A DNA stretch of 64,000 bases. Origin: Azolla caroliniana (Eukaryota; Plantae; Polypodiophyta). The position numbers were made by a program, and so were the translations under genes. The stretch is from positions 4,774,001 through 4,838,000 of the forward strand of contig JBHGNT010000021.1 in NCBI GenBank assembly GCA_043228905.1, given 5' to 3'. Below the pieces are notes generated by a model. That model made no database searches and had not been told where the DNA came from. It saw only the letters and a program-made list of their open reading frames with translations. This document shows, one piece after another, positions 1-11,347 of the stretch. Position 1 is the first letter of the stretch, and each line of letters starts with the position of its first letter.

Positions 1-477
1 GAAGTCTGGTCCTACGGGATCCCCACACCGAACTAGAGACTCCGCCTGTTCGGCCAACGTGGCAACATGAGACCGAGAGAAGTTGGTGGCGGCGGGAAAC
101 GGGACCCGACTACGCGGAAGACACGAGGAGAATCCGGGAGGGACTCAAACAAAGACACCCTGAATTTCGGCAAGCAAAGAAACGAAGACCGGTCCTATGG
201 GACCTTCACACCGGTTCCGGAGACTCCGGCTGTTCGGCCAACATGGCAACGTGGCAACGTAAGACCGAGGGAGAAAGAAGGTGGCGGCAAGGAACGGGAC
301 CCGACATCGACAAAGGTCGGTAAGATGGGGCAGACGAAGTGCGAAACCCCTACCGGCCGGTTACGGTTTCGGAAGGAGCCGGTAGGGGCAAACACGAGAA
401 GGTGTGTCGAGCCGGAAAGCACACCTGGGGCAGAACAAGAGTCTCGCAAGTGACCATCGCGGGCCGGATCAAAGCGT

Positions 478-1183
478 TGTAGTAGTGTATTTCGTACACT
501 ACGTGAAAACCATAAAATAATATATCCGATTTTAGATACATATAAATAAATAAATAATATATCAAAAGAATTTATCACGTGCATAGGGCAGGATTCAAAC
601 CATGCACCTCCACGTAGATAAACCCCAACTTTACCATTGTAATAACTTATCTTTAGTGTTATAAATATAGATTTAATACGTATAAGACCTTTATTTAAAC
701 ATACCTTTATTAAAAGGTAAAAATCATGTATTCTTTAGAGTGTGAATATTTTATTTACACGTGACATTAAAAGTGACTCATGCACATCTAGCGTGCATGA
801 GCCCTATATTTAGGAAATGACAAAGCATCACATGCACATTTAGTGTGCATAGACATTTTAGGTGAAAAAGCATGAAGCCATGCTTAGCCTCTTCCATCTT
901 TATATAAGGAGGAGAGAAATATGTATAAGGTTGTTGATTAATATACAAGGATTGATCAATCTAAGATATTCGTGGGATTCACGAATTTTGCCATCAAAAT
1001 TACTCTTATAATCTAAATATTGTTTTAAAATACACTAAACTCGTGGGATTCACAAGATTGCTATCTTACTTCTCTTCCTATTATTCATAACTAGCCTTAA
1101 GTTGTATTCCTCTTCCTCCTAGTCAAAAACCTCGGCAGTTCCCACCCGACTCACGCAACGATCCGGAGCCGAAGGGCACGACA
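478..1183 (+). mobile_element. Solo LTR (706 bp, TGTAGT...ACGACA) with 4-bp TSD GCGT, inserted in the Gypsy internal region
   Basis: AT-rich insert in GC-rich host sequence; GCGT at 474-477 and 1184-1187; TATA-like TATATAAGGAGG near 901; shares end-proximal motifs with 20884-22083. Confidence 0.8.
578..650 (-). other. Degenerate tRNA-derived sequence (Pol III A/B-box-like) inside the solo LTR
   Basis: Minus strand reads TATTACAATGGTAAAG...GGAGGTGCATGGTTTGAATCCTGC. B-box-like GGTTTGAATCC at 591-601; weak A box at 634-644; aligns with 21345-21416. Confidence 0.5.
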
Positions 1184-1779
1184 GCGTGACTACGGGACGG
1201 TGTTCGGCACGGGTGGCGCCGAACAAAGGAAGCGGAAGATGGCACACGGAGGTGCCGGACCGGAAAGGCGAGCGCGAAGAATGGGTCGCCCGGTTCGGAG
1301 GTCGTGCGTAGAAGACCGGAGAAGGAACCTCCACACCGTTCCGAAGGCCTTGGCAGTCCGAGCCGACGTGGCGATGTAAGACCAAGGAGAAGGAAGGTGG
1401 CAGCGAGGGGACGAAGGCGGCGGGGAACAACGTGGGACGACGATTAGGACCACACGAATGGTCGACGGAGGCCAGGCAAGCCACAACGGGCGTTCCTCAA
1501 TCAAATGACATCGGACGCACGGCGGAGAACGGAGCGTGCATACGGCCGAACAAGGGCCAGCGGAAGTACGCGTACTACGGAGATCGCGGCGAAGGACCCA
1601 TCGACGGGTCGAACAAGCCTACAAAGAGGTAAGCGCGAAGGGAGAACCGCAGCCGACGGTTCAAACCGGCACCGAGCCGGGATGCGGATTACAAAAGACC
1701 AGTTTCTCACCGGCTGAAATCTCTCACCCTTCATCGGATTTGGCACGTACCGGTGGACGTGCGGTTAGGTGGGGGCGGA

Positions 1780-2315
1780 TGTCGTGAAGAATTTCGTCCA
1801 GAGGCGGAAACTGGGAAATATTGGCTACATCGGCGGGGTGCACCATGTGCACTCACCCTCATGTAATTGTGTGAATAATAAGAGTCAAGTCGGGACGAAG
1901 AATCCCATGTAAATCGGGATTTATCCCACATTGTAACGCATCCCTCTCCTTGTTCTATAAAGGGAAGGGGTGGTCCCTTGTAGAGGGGTTGCCCATTTTG
2001 TGTTAGAGGGTATACCGTTAGATTTAGGGTTAGTTCCTCTACTTCTTCTTCCTCTTCTTCGCGGTGTGGGTTGTTCGCGCTCGGTCTCCTGTGCAAGACC
2101 CCGCTCTGCGTGACGAGCCCAAGAGCTCCCCGGACGGTGGCTTGGCTGCAGACTACTGTTGTAACCTACCCTAGCTTGGTCCAGCTCGAAGCCGAGGTTG
2201 TATTCTTTCCCTTGTAATACATACTTTTGCGTCTGTCTGTGTATACTCGTGTCTCTGTTGGTGTCGGGTGCTTCCCCTTTCCTGCGTTCCTGCACATAAG
2301 GGTGTGAGTCGGGTC

Positions 2316-2355
<40 letters not shown>

Positions 2356-2549
2356 CGCGCGCGTGAGTCGATGTCAAGCGCACGCTCCCTCTCTGTCTCC
2401 CTCTCTTTCTCTCTCTCGTTCGGTTGCTTCCGGTATGCTCCTGGGGTGCCCCGAAAAGGATGAAGCACGACTTCCTACGCTCCGTCACTCCCTAGTCTAG
2501 GACCACCGTGGTCCCGCCTTTCTACACGCACACGCGTAACAACGCGACA
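1780..2549 (+). repeat. LTR (770 bp), TGTCG...CGACA termini, TATA-like CTATAAAGGG near 1955, internal (GT)n/(CG)n/(CT)n microsatellites
   Basis: Terminal inverted TGTCG/CGACA; preceded by PPT; homologous to 12726-13252. Confidence 0.8.
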
Positions 2550-3105
2550 CCGCTTGTGCCAGACTTTCTCATGCATATGCAGCCCTTGGTGCTCTCGAGA
2601 GATAATGTGCACATTTGCAGTTCCAAGAGCCACGAACTAAGCTATTGTTATTTGATACACTTGTCACACCAACTCTTCTCTATGGTGTAGAGACATGGGG
2701 ATCGTGTCTTAACAAGGCAAATCATTGGAAAGATTTAGAGAGACCTTTAGTGTCAATGATTGCTTGCATGATAAGGAGCAAAGCATCGGTGCCCCACGAT
2801 ATAATCCGGGCAGAGAGGCGTTGTTCTGATCAGCACCTATAATAACTGAGGCGTTGTTCCGATCAGTGACATTTATCCAACGTCTTTGGGAGCTCCCAAA
2901 ACGAAGGTACCCAAGGTTGGCACATATGTCATCAAAACAACTGGCTGAAAATGGAGACACTCATTGTTGGTATGCTGAAATGCATCAATGGTTTGAGTCA
3001 CATGGCATGAGTATAAATGCACTACCCTCGTTCTAATATAGCTTGGATTGTCCCCATCTAAATATGACCAAAGTGGAAAAGAATAGAGTGATCCGAACTG
3101 ATATT
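2550..3105 (+). pseudogene. Non-LTR retrotransposon (LINE) ORF2 fragment, region C-terminal to RT
   Basis: Translation TKLLLFDTLVTPTLLYGVETWG...IIRAE...FIQRLWELPKRRYPRLA resembles the post-RT thumb region of RTE/CR1-type LINEs; contains frameshifts and stops. Confidence 0.7.
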
Positions 3106-4181
3106 CCTTACACAAGTCTCTCGTCCAGCTTTCGTCTATGCTTCAGAGTTCCGTTAGATCGCGTGTGATGTCAGCTGGGATGACCAAGCCTTATGTGACT
3201 AGTTTTGTTGAGGCCTCCGAAACTATGTCAAGACACTTCTCTTGAACTTACTAGAGCCCACATCATTGTCTCAGGTAGTCTCCCAAGTCGTTCAATGTGA
3301 TGATCGTCTTTTTGAACTTCCCAAAGACAACATCAACGTGGCAATGGCCTCTGCCTCTATTGTGGTACCTCCGGCCATGTCATCCGTCACTGCCCGGTGC
3401 GCGGCCCTCGTCATCAATCCCACCGTGCATGTCTTGCGGAGGTTTCTCGACAACAAGAAAACGACCAAGTCCGGCTGCAGTAGGAGCCATGTTGTTGGAA
3501 ACTTTCCATTACCCTACTTCTCTGTGCTCCTACAATTCAGCCACACCAACAAGAGGTTTTACTTTGATTTGGGTCTACTTCAATACAATCCCATGCCTTG
3601 CTTGATTTTGGTGCATCTACTTGTTTCATTGATATCACGTTCGTCCGAACACATAAAATCCCCACTATCCTCACAACACAACCCATATCTATTGAAGCTA
3701 TCAACGAACGGGTTCTCTCTTCAAGGGCGGTTACCGAAGCCATTGTCCCGTTGGTACTTCAAGTTGGGTTCCACCAAGAGGTATTAATGTTCTACCTTAT
3801 TGCAACCCCTCGACATTCAAATGTTTTAGGGATCTCCTGGTTGCAAAACACACAATCCGACAGTGGATTGGTGCAACCACTCCATCACTTTTCTGCAAAC
3901 ACCAACGCGGGTCACAACTCCCCACCATGTTACTTGTCTGGGGGCTACTTTCAGCTTGGGTGCACATTCTTCTAATTTCAACTCAGTCTCTGACATTGTT
4001 GATTCTATTGTGTCTGATTCTAGCTTGGTTGCTTATGTGCTCGTTGTGTCACTGAACGTCTTTGTTCCTGTCACCAATTTGCCCACAAGATATAGTGATT
4101 GTTGGATGTGTTTGAAAAGCGAAATGCAGACTAGTTACCGGCACATCACCCCCATGATTGCTCAATCGAACTCCAAGATGG

Positions 4182-4443
4182 TGACGGGAACCCAACGTTC
4201 CTTATGCGCAAGGCTCGGCCACAACCGAGCTAAGAATGATACACAGAAAACGGGCAATAAAACGCGACACAAAGAAGGAGAGAATACACGTGGAAAACCC
4301 CAAATAGGGGAAAAACCACGGCAGCCCACAGGCTGCAAACTGTCACTATGTGAGAATGTACAACAGTGAGTTCACTGAGGCAACGACCTCGTGCTCACAG
4401 ATCTTTGCCACACGCGGCGATTACAACAGAGGCAACGACCTCT

Positions 4444-4490
<47 letters not shown>

Positions 4491-4976
4491 CAGTTACGCA
4501 CACTGATCTCGTGCAAAACAGAAAATGACAACAACAACTAAAAGTTTTCCCTAAGTCATATTTATACTAATATGACTTTTCGACTATTTACAAATATAGC
4601 CTCGATGGGCTCTCAGAAACATATTTACGAATATGTCTCTTCCTCCGGTCCTGCACCATCCGGCTCTTCGTAGCCGGGTACTCCTCATCCGGTTCATACC
4701 GGGTCTGCACCATCCGGCTCTCCATAGCCGAGTACTCCTCATCCGGTTCATACCGGGTCTGCACCATCCGGCTCTCCATAGCCGAGTACTCCTCATCCGG
4801 TTCATACCGGGTCTGCACCATCCGGCTCTCCGTAGCCGAGTACTCCTCATCCGGTTCATACCGGGCCTGCAGCATCCGGCTCTCCGTAGCCGGATCCTCC
4901 TCATACGGTTTCGGCCGAGTTTGTTCATCGGCACTATTCTTCTTCCTTCCCATCCGGAAGGACCTGTCTCCCAACA
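4182..4976 (-). mobile_element. Solo LTR (795 bp), 54-bp-repeat family, copy 1; TSD GATGG
   Basis: TG...CA termini; GATGG at 4177-4181 and 4977-4981; homologous to 16676-17347 and 25107-25679. Confidence 0.92.
4644..4912. repeat. Tandem array of about five 54-bp units inside the solo LTR
   Basis: Unit CCGGTTCATACCGGGTCTGCACCATCCGGCTCTCCRTAGCCGAGTACTCCTCAT; seen as 18-aa periodicity in the ORF track (YEPDEEYSAMESRMVQTR). Confidence 0.92.
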
Positions 4977-5666
4977 GATGGCACACATCCACCATTTGGG
5001 CCCATCTATGGGCTATCTGAACCCGAACTTGAGGCACTTCGCACATATTTGGATGAAAACCTCGTCAAGGGCTTCATTCAACCCTCCAAATCACCGATTG
5101 GATGCAAGGACACATCCAGTTGGAAGTCAGATGTCAGCCGAAGACCATGATGAACCGGCCATATTCGGACAAAGAACTGAACCAACTGAAGAAGAATCAC
5201 ACACTAGAACCAAACAAGACCCAGAATCGGATTCGGATGAAGAACAGACAGAGGAGTCGGTGATCGAAGACTGTAAAAAGTAGTGTGCGGAAGCAAGTAT
5301 GAAGACCAAACAGAAGACAAAAAACTCAGGTTTAATGGAGAGCTTGAGCTTACGCAATATACGCGGAGAGACACAGAGAGAGAAACAAGAACTATATTCA
5401 ACAGAAAAATAATATACAATCTCGATTCACTACACTACACATATGTGTGTTCAATGAACACTTTTATACAAGTCCTAGAAGGACTAACAGAAGTACTGAC
5501 AGTACTTCAATGCTCATTGAGAGCTCCTACACTAACTCCCAAATATATTCCTCACGGAATATCTTTCCTAACGGCCTCCCGATTTACGCACCAGCCTAAC
5601 CGATCGGTCCCAACCGATCCGGTCCTCGGCTTCTTCAGCCGATCCAGCCAATGTTGAGCTTGTTTC

Positions 5667-8600
5667 TCAACACTCCCCCTCAAGCTCAACTTGAGGCTCT
5701 TCGGGATCTTCGGGCTCACAGCTCCGGTTCCTCCTAGCTTCACGCCTCGCTCGCGCTCCTCGACCTGTTCGACTCCGCGCGCTTCGACCCTTCCGGTCGG
5801 CTTGTCTGCTCATGTGGCCCTTATCAGCTCTTCTGTGGTTGCGGTGTTGACGCTTCTCCTGTTGCCTTTTCTTCCGCTTGGGCCTCGGTTGATTCAGCGT
5901 ATCTGAATCAAACATCCGAACCGACTCGGCTACCTCCGATCAGTTTTCGCTCTCGTCCGACTAGGCTGTCTCCAACTTGTCTTCGATCTTCTTGCCCTCG
6001 GTGGCATCATCTTCCCCATGCGTGGTTGGCTTCGGCTCTCTCCTTCGGTTGCTCCCCTTCTGTCCTCTTCCGAACTTTTCCGTGGGTCCGCCCTCAGCTT
6101 CTTCAACCGATCTGAAGTCGAACTCGACAACCCAGTCAACCGACTCAGTGGTGTCGCGGTCGACAACCGAGTCAACCGACTCGGTGGTGTCGCGGTCTCC
6201 GCTCCTTTCCTGCTGCCTTGCTTGGTCGTTCAGGACTGTTCTCCCCCTCAAGTTTGGCACGTCGAGGTGACGCAATCCGAGCGCACCTGAGAATTGCCGC
6301 AACTTGTCCAGACCAAGAGGCTTGGTGAAGATGTCGGCAGTCTGCCGATCCGTCGGAACGTACTGAAGTTCAACTTCACCAGAAAGGACACGCTCACGGA
6401 TGAAATGGTAGTGCACCTCAATGTGCTTGGTCCGTGCGTGGAAAACGGGGTTTTTCGAGAGCTGGATGCTGCTGAGGTTGTCGTAGTAGATTGTCGTTAG
6501 ATCGGACACCTCCTCTTGCAGGTCCTTAAGTAGCCGCTTCAACCATATGGCTTCGCATGTCGCGACAGCCACTCCTCGGTACTCAGCTTCGGTGCTCGAC
6601 AGTGCAACTGTCGGCTGCTTCTTACTACTCCACGCGATCGCTGCACTCCCGAGGGAGAACACGTATCCAGACGTGGATCGGCGATCGGCGGCGTTGCCAG
6701 CCCAATCAGCATCGGTGTAGCCGACTAACTGCACGGCTGCACCAGTCCGATATAGCAGTCCCCGGTCCTTAGTGTCGTTGACATACCGAAGTATGCGTTG
6801 CGCACACTGAAGGTGCTCCTCGGTAGGTCGCGCCATGAACTGACTGATCACCCCGACCGGATAACTGAGGTCGGGTTGGGTGATGGTCAAGTATATGAGG
6901 CTTCCAACAATTTGTCGGAACCTCGTCGGGCCGCATACCTTTCCCGTATCGGGACGAAGCTTGACGGTTTTGTCTAGAGGAGTCGAGACGGACTTACAGT
7001 CGGCCATCCCGAATTTGAAGAGCATACTCAGCACGTAATGACGTTGGCTGATCAATATGCCTTCGGGGGTACGGATCACTTCGATCCCGAGGAAGTAATG
7101 AAGGTCCCCCAGATCCTTCATGTCGAACGATGCCGCAAGCTGGAGCTTCACGCGGTCGATTTCACCGAGGTCGGCGCCGGTGACGACCAAGTCATCAACA
7201 TATAGTAAAATACTAACCGGTCCGAGTCGACCTTTCCAAATGAACAGGGAAGAGTCCGATTTTGACGTGACGAAGCCCATCCGATGCAGTTGTTGCGTGA
7301 TCTTCGTGTTCCAGGCACGTGGAGCTTGCTTCAATCCGTAAAGGGACTTCTTCAGTCGGCATATTGCCGAGGAGTTCGTTCCAGAGTGAAATCCGGGGGG
7401 TTGTACCATGTACACCTGTTCCTCAAGGTCACCTTGTAGGAACGTATTCTTTACATCCATCTGATGTAGGTGCCACCCCTTGGCCGCGGCTACTGCGAGC
7501 AAAACACGGACGGTCGTCATTTTCGCGACCGGCGCAAACGTCTCATCGTAGTCGATGCCGTGTTTCTGGGCGTAGCCCTTTGCCACTAGCCGAGCCTTGT
7601 ATCGGTTGACCGAGCCATCGGTGTTGTACTTGACTTTGTACACCCATCTACACCCGATCAGTTTTACCCCTCTTGGTGCGTCAACCAGGTCCCAGGTCTC
7701 GTTCTCCGCCAATGCGTGCATCTCTTCCTCCATCGCGGCATGCCAATTTGCATCTTTAGCCGCTTCTACGTAGCTCTCTGGCTCACGCACCTCCGCTACA
7801 CGGGTCATGTACGCATAATGATGCGCCATGTACTCGTTGTATCCGAACCGCAGAATAGGATTCTTCTGGCGGGTAGATCGGCGTAATCTCCCATTAGCCG
7901 ATGTCAAGGCCTTCTCGGTCGACGCGGTCTTCATCTTTAAAGACCCGTCACCGGTTCCCTCGGAGTCGGACTCACGTCGGTCTGACTCGTTCCTATCTGT
8001 GCCGGAATCCGACACCTTCTTCTTCCCTTTCTCTTTGCGCGTAAGCCGTCTCCTCGGCTTCCTGCGCGGGGAATGCACGACCGAGTCTCCACTACTCGCT
8101 GGCTCTTCATCGAACTGGTCATACCGACTCAGTCGTCCAATCGGTCCACTTAAGCGGAGTGAAATTGGACTCTCTTCGCGGGTCTCAATTTCGAGCTCAT
8201 CCGGAGGCATCTCGGCCTCGCTGACCTCATCATCAGAGCTTGGATTGGAGTCGGGGTTCGGAGTCGGGGGTTGGTACCAGGACGCAGACTCGTCAAACAC
8301 AACGTCGCGGCTAACACGCGCTTATTTGGCGCGAGGGTTATAGCACTTATAACCCTTCTGCTCGTCCGAGTAACCGACCAAGATGCATTTCTCGGCCTTT
8401 GCATCCAGCTTCCTCCTTTTCTCCTTCGGTACATGCACATACGCAATGCTACTGAACACCCTCAAGTGTCGCAAGTTCGGCTTCGTTCCAAAATATAGCT
8501 CGTGCGCCGACACTTTGTCTCCAATCCGGTTCTGGATGTATACCGCGGTCCTTACCGCCTCGGCCCAGTAGAACTTGGGCAAGCTCTTCTCCTCCAACAT

Positions 8601-10541
8601 TGCCCGTGCCGCCTCCACAACTGACCGATTCTTCCTCTCGGCCACGCCGTTCTGCTCCGGCGTGTATCTACAACTGAATTCGCGGCGAATTCCCATTTGT
8701 TGTAGGTAACCGTTGAATTGACTGGAAAAGTACTCTTTCCCGCCATCCGACCGCAGGCACTTGATCTTTCGTCCCGTTTCCGTTTCCACGAACCCTTTGA
8801 GGTCCCGGAAACAGTCGAAGACTTCGCTCTTCCTCTCAATGAGGTAGATCCACGTGTGCCACGTGTGGTCGTTGATGAAGGAGACGAAATATCGGCTCCC
8901 ACCAAGACTGACGTTTTGTGCCGGCCCCCAGACATCGGAGTGTATAAGGTCGAGCTTGTTCCGGCTCCGGTTTCGCTCGTTAGGGAAAGGAAGTCGGTGT
9001 TGCTTCCCGAGCTGGCAGGCTTCACAAATTTGTGCCTTTCGGCCACTAAATTTGGGCAATCCGAACACTACCTGTTTCGATTGCAGATCTTGAAACCACT
9101 GGTAGTTGACGTGGCCTATCCGCTTGTGCCACAAGTCAATGTCCAACTCGGATATTTGTCCCTTCGCGAACATTGCGGTGCCACCGTCAGTGGAGTCGAG
9201 GATGAACATCCTCCCGTCTCTGCGCCCTTGCGCAATCACACGGCCTTCTTCCTTAATGAAGCACCCGAGGTGTGTAAACCGAACCTCCATCCCTTGGTTG
9301 ACGATCTGTCCGACTGAGACCAAGTTCTTCGTGATTGTCGGGACGTGCAGCACATTCATGAGTTTCCCTTTCTGCCCGACATGGCTAAGGGGAACTTCTC
9401 CGACATTCGCGATCGGATGCGGAGTGTCGTCTCTAGTTGCGACTACTCCAGGTTGTATCGGTTTTTCAAGGTACGAGAACCACTCCTTATGGCTCGTCAT
9501 GTCGTTTGACGCGCCGGAGTCTACGTACCACACCTCGTCCGATCTCGGGGTGGTCTGTTTCATTGAGTTTGCTTCGTGTCTCGTCACGAAGGCAGACCCT
9601 TCTCCGGCTCTCCCGGAGTCTTTGGCGTAGTGTGATCGCTGCCGATTTCCCTTGTCGGTATGTCCGGAGCCGTTTCCGGAACCGGTTCTCTCCGAATCGG
9701 CGCGCTTCTTCCAGCACTCACTTTCCCTGTGGCCTTTCTTGCCACAATACCAGCACTCCGCGATGGCCTTCCCTTGCCGGTTTTCATCGCTTCGACTCCC
9801 CCTGTTTCCGGAGGGTTCGGAGTTGTTGTCGGCATCACCTCGGTGCCTTCTTTCTTGATCTCGTCGGCCGCCTCCATTGCGCGCCGACTCGCCTCATCCT
9901 CCACGTCCACGGGGCCTATCTCCCTCCGTGTACAACATTCTGTTGTCGGTGTGCGTGCTTGTAGACGCACCCGCGTGGTTCTCCTCTACCAGGAGCATTG
10001 ATTGTAAGTCGAGAAAGGACGGCGTATTCTCTCGGGTACACACAGCCGTTCGGAATGCTCCGAACTTCGACGCCAAACCTCCGAGACAGATCTGGACCAT
10101 CTCGCTCTCCTCGATGTTCACCTCTATGGAGGCGAGGGAGTCGCAGATATCCTTGATCTTCGAGGTATAGTCTGCCACCGACAAGTCGCGTTGTCGTAGG
10201 TTGCTCAACTCCTGTCGAAGCTGAAGCTTCCTGGTTGTGGTGCTCGCGGCGAAAATCTTCTTTAGATTTTCCCACGCACCCTTCGGCGTCTTTGCATCCC
10301 GAACATAGCTCAATAGTTGTTCACCCACACACGACGCGAAGTAGTACAATACCCTGCTCGTCGATTGCTCCCACAACGGGAAGTCTCTGTGTGTCGATTT
10401 GGGTGCCGCGTCATTAGCTCCTTCGACATAACTCCAGTAGCTGTGCCCGAGCAGGTACTGGTGCATCTTGTAGGACCAAGACGCGTAGTTGGTTCTGTCA
10501 AGCTTCTCTGTTGGAAGCGAGCTCGCCATACCTCTATCCAT
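5667..10541 (-). pseudogene. Copia-A gag-pol, single reading frame with point-mutation stops
   Basis: Gag KLDRTNYASWSYKM, zinc knuckle CWYCGKKGHRESEC, protease WYVDSGAS, integrase WHKRIGH..CEAC..DLIHSDVWGP..QNGVAERKNR, RT LLYVDD, RNase H YTDADWAG..STEAEY..RTKHIEVHYHF. ORFs 9894-10541, 8322-9587, 5961-8300 and 5667-5915 share one frame. Confidence 0.93.
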
Positions 10542-10601
10542 CGTTCTTCTTGTTCTTCTTCATCAAGCTGTGTCGGCTGCAGAGAGGTTCTCAACCCTCG
10601 C

Positions 10602-10613
10602 GCTCTGATACCA
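10602..10613 (-). promoter_or_regulatory. Primer-binding site (tRNA-iMet) of Copia-A
   Basis: TGGTATCAGAGC directly after the 5' LTR. Equivalents lie at 19155-19166 (TGGTATTAGAGT, mutated) and 26927-26938. Confidence 0.95.
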
Positions 10614-11347
10614 TGTAAAAAGTAGCGTGCGGAAGCAAGTATGAAGACCGAACAGAAGACAGAAAACTCAGGTTTAATGGAGAGCTTGAGCTTACGCAAT
10701 ATACGCGGAGAGACACAGAGAGAGAAACAAGAACTATATTCAACAGAAAAATAATATACAATCTCGATTCACTACACTACACATATGTGTGTTCAATGAA
10801 CACTTTTATACAAGTCCTAGAAGGACTGACAGAAGTACTGACAGTACTTCAATGCTCATTGAGAGCTCCTACACTAACTCCCAAATATATTCCTCACAGA
10901 ATATCTTTCCTAACGGCCTCCCGGTTTACGCACCGGCCTAACCGATCGGTCCCAACAGATCCGGTCCTTGGCTTCTTCAGCCGATCTGGCCAATGTTGAG
11001 CTTGTCTCTCAACAAAGACCAAGGACGGAGATACCCTTTAAGAGAGAGAAGGTTCCCCCTAAGATTTCCGGATGCAAATCATGTTTTATTGATTGAAGAG
11101 GGGGAGTCAGAAAGCTTCGAAGAAGTGAAGAAAGATACCCACAGCCACAAGTGGTTAAGTGCCATTCAAGATGAGATGGATTCCCTACATGAGAACCACA
11201 CATATGAATTGGTGAAGTTGCCGAAGGGAAAGAGAGCCCTCTGGAACAAGTGGGTGTACAAGCTGAAACCGGGAGACGCCGGAAACCCACCGAGATATAA
11301 AGCCTGCATGAGATGAGATGGATTCCCTACATGAGAACCACACATAT

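Larger units (their letters stand above)
1..2549 (+). mobile_element. 3' portion of a Gypsy-type LTR retrotransposon (non-coding internal region, PPT and 3' LTR); 5' part lies outside the window
   Basis: Purine tract AGGTGGGGGCGGA (1767-1779) directly precedes TGTCGTGAAG... (1780), which ends ...AACGCGACA (2549). Both ends are homologous to the reverse complement of the solo LTR at 12726-13252. No pol sequence is visible, so the Gypsy assignment is inferred. Confidence 0.65.
3110..5096 (+). pseudogene. Ty3/Gypsy chromovirus (Tcn1/Tf-like) gag-protease-preRT relic, interrupted by solo LTR 4182-4976
   Basis: Gag-like YASEFR..ACDVSWDDQAL...GL...LEPTSLSQVVSQVVQCDDRLFE; protease LDFGASTCFID...VLGISWL; after removing the insert, [47 protein letters not shown]. 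Confidence 0.85.
5272..11014 (-). mobile_element. Full-length Ty1/Copia LTR retrotransposon (Copia-A), 5743 bp, TSD AAGAC
   Basis: 401-bp LTRs at 5272-5672 and 10614-11014 (about 12 substitutions by eye); PBS TGGTATCAGAGC at 10602-10613; PPT at 5673-5686; AAGAC at 5267-5271 and 11015-11019; gag-PR-IN-RT-RH order. Confidence 0.97.

Noticed and set aside
4584-5283. Repeat-rich ORFs and a CRISPR-like periodic array
   Set aside because: Units are contiguous 54-bp near-identical repeats with no unique spacers and no cas genes, in a eukaryotic LTR. The ORFs are open only because 54 is a multiple of 3.
5283-5657. 124-aa antisense ORF spanning the Copia-A LTR
   Set aside because: Non-ATG start that is altered in the other LTR; no recognisable motif; no counterpart in Copia-B or Copia-C LTRs.
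6018-10625. Many plus-strand ORFs opposite Copia pol (also 13472-18961 and 22035-26896)
   Set aside because: Shadow ORFs of GC-rich coding sequence on the other strand.
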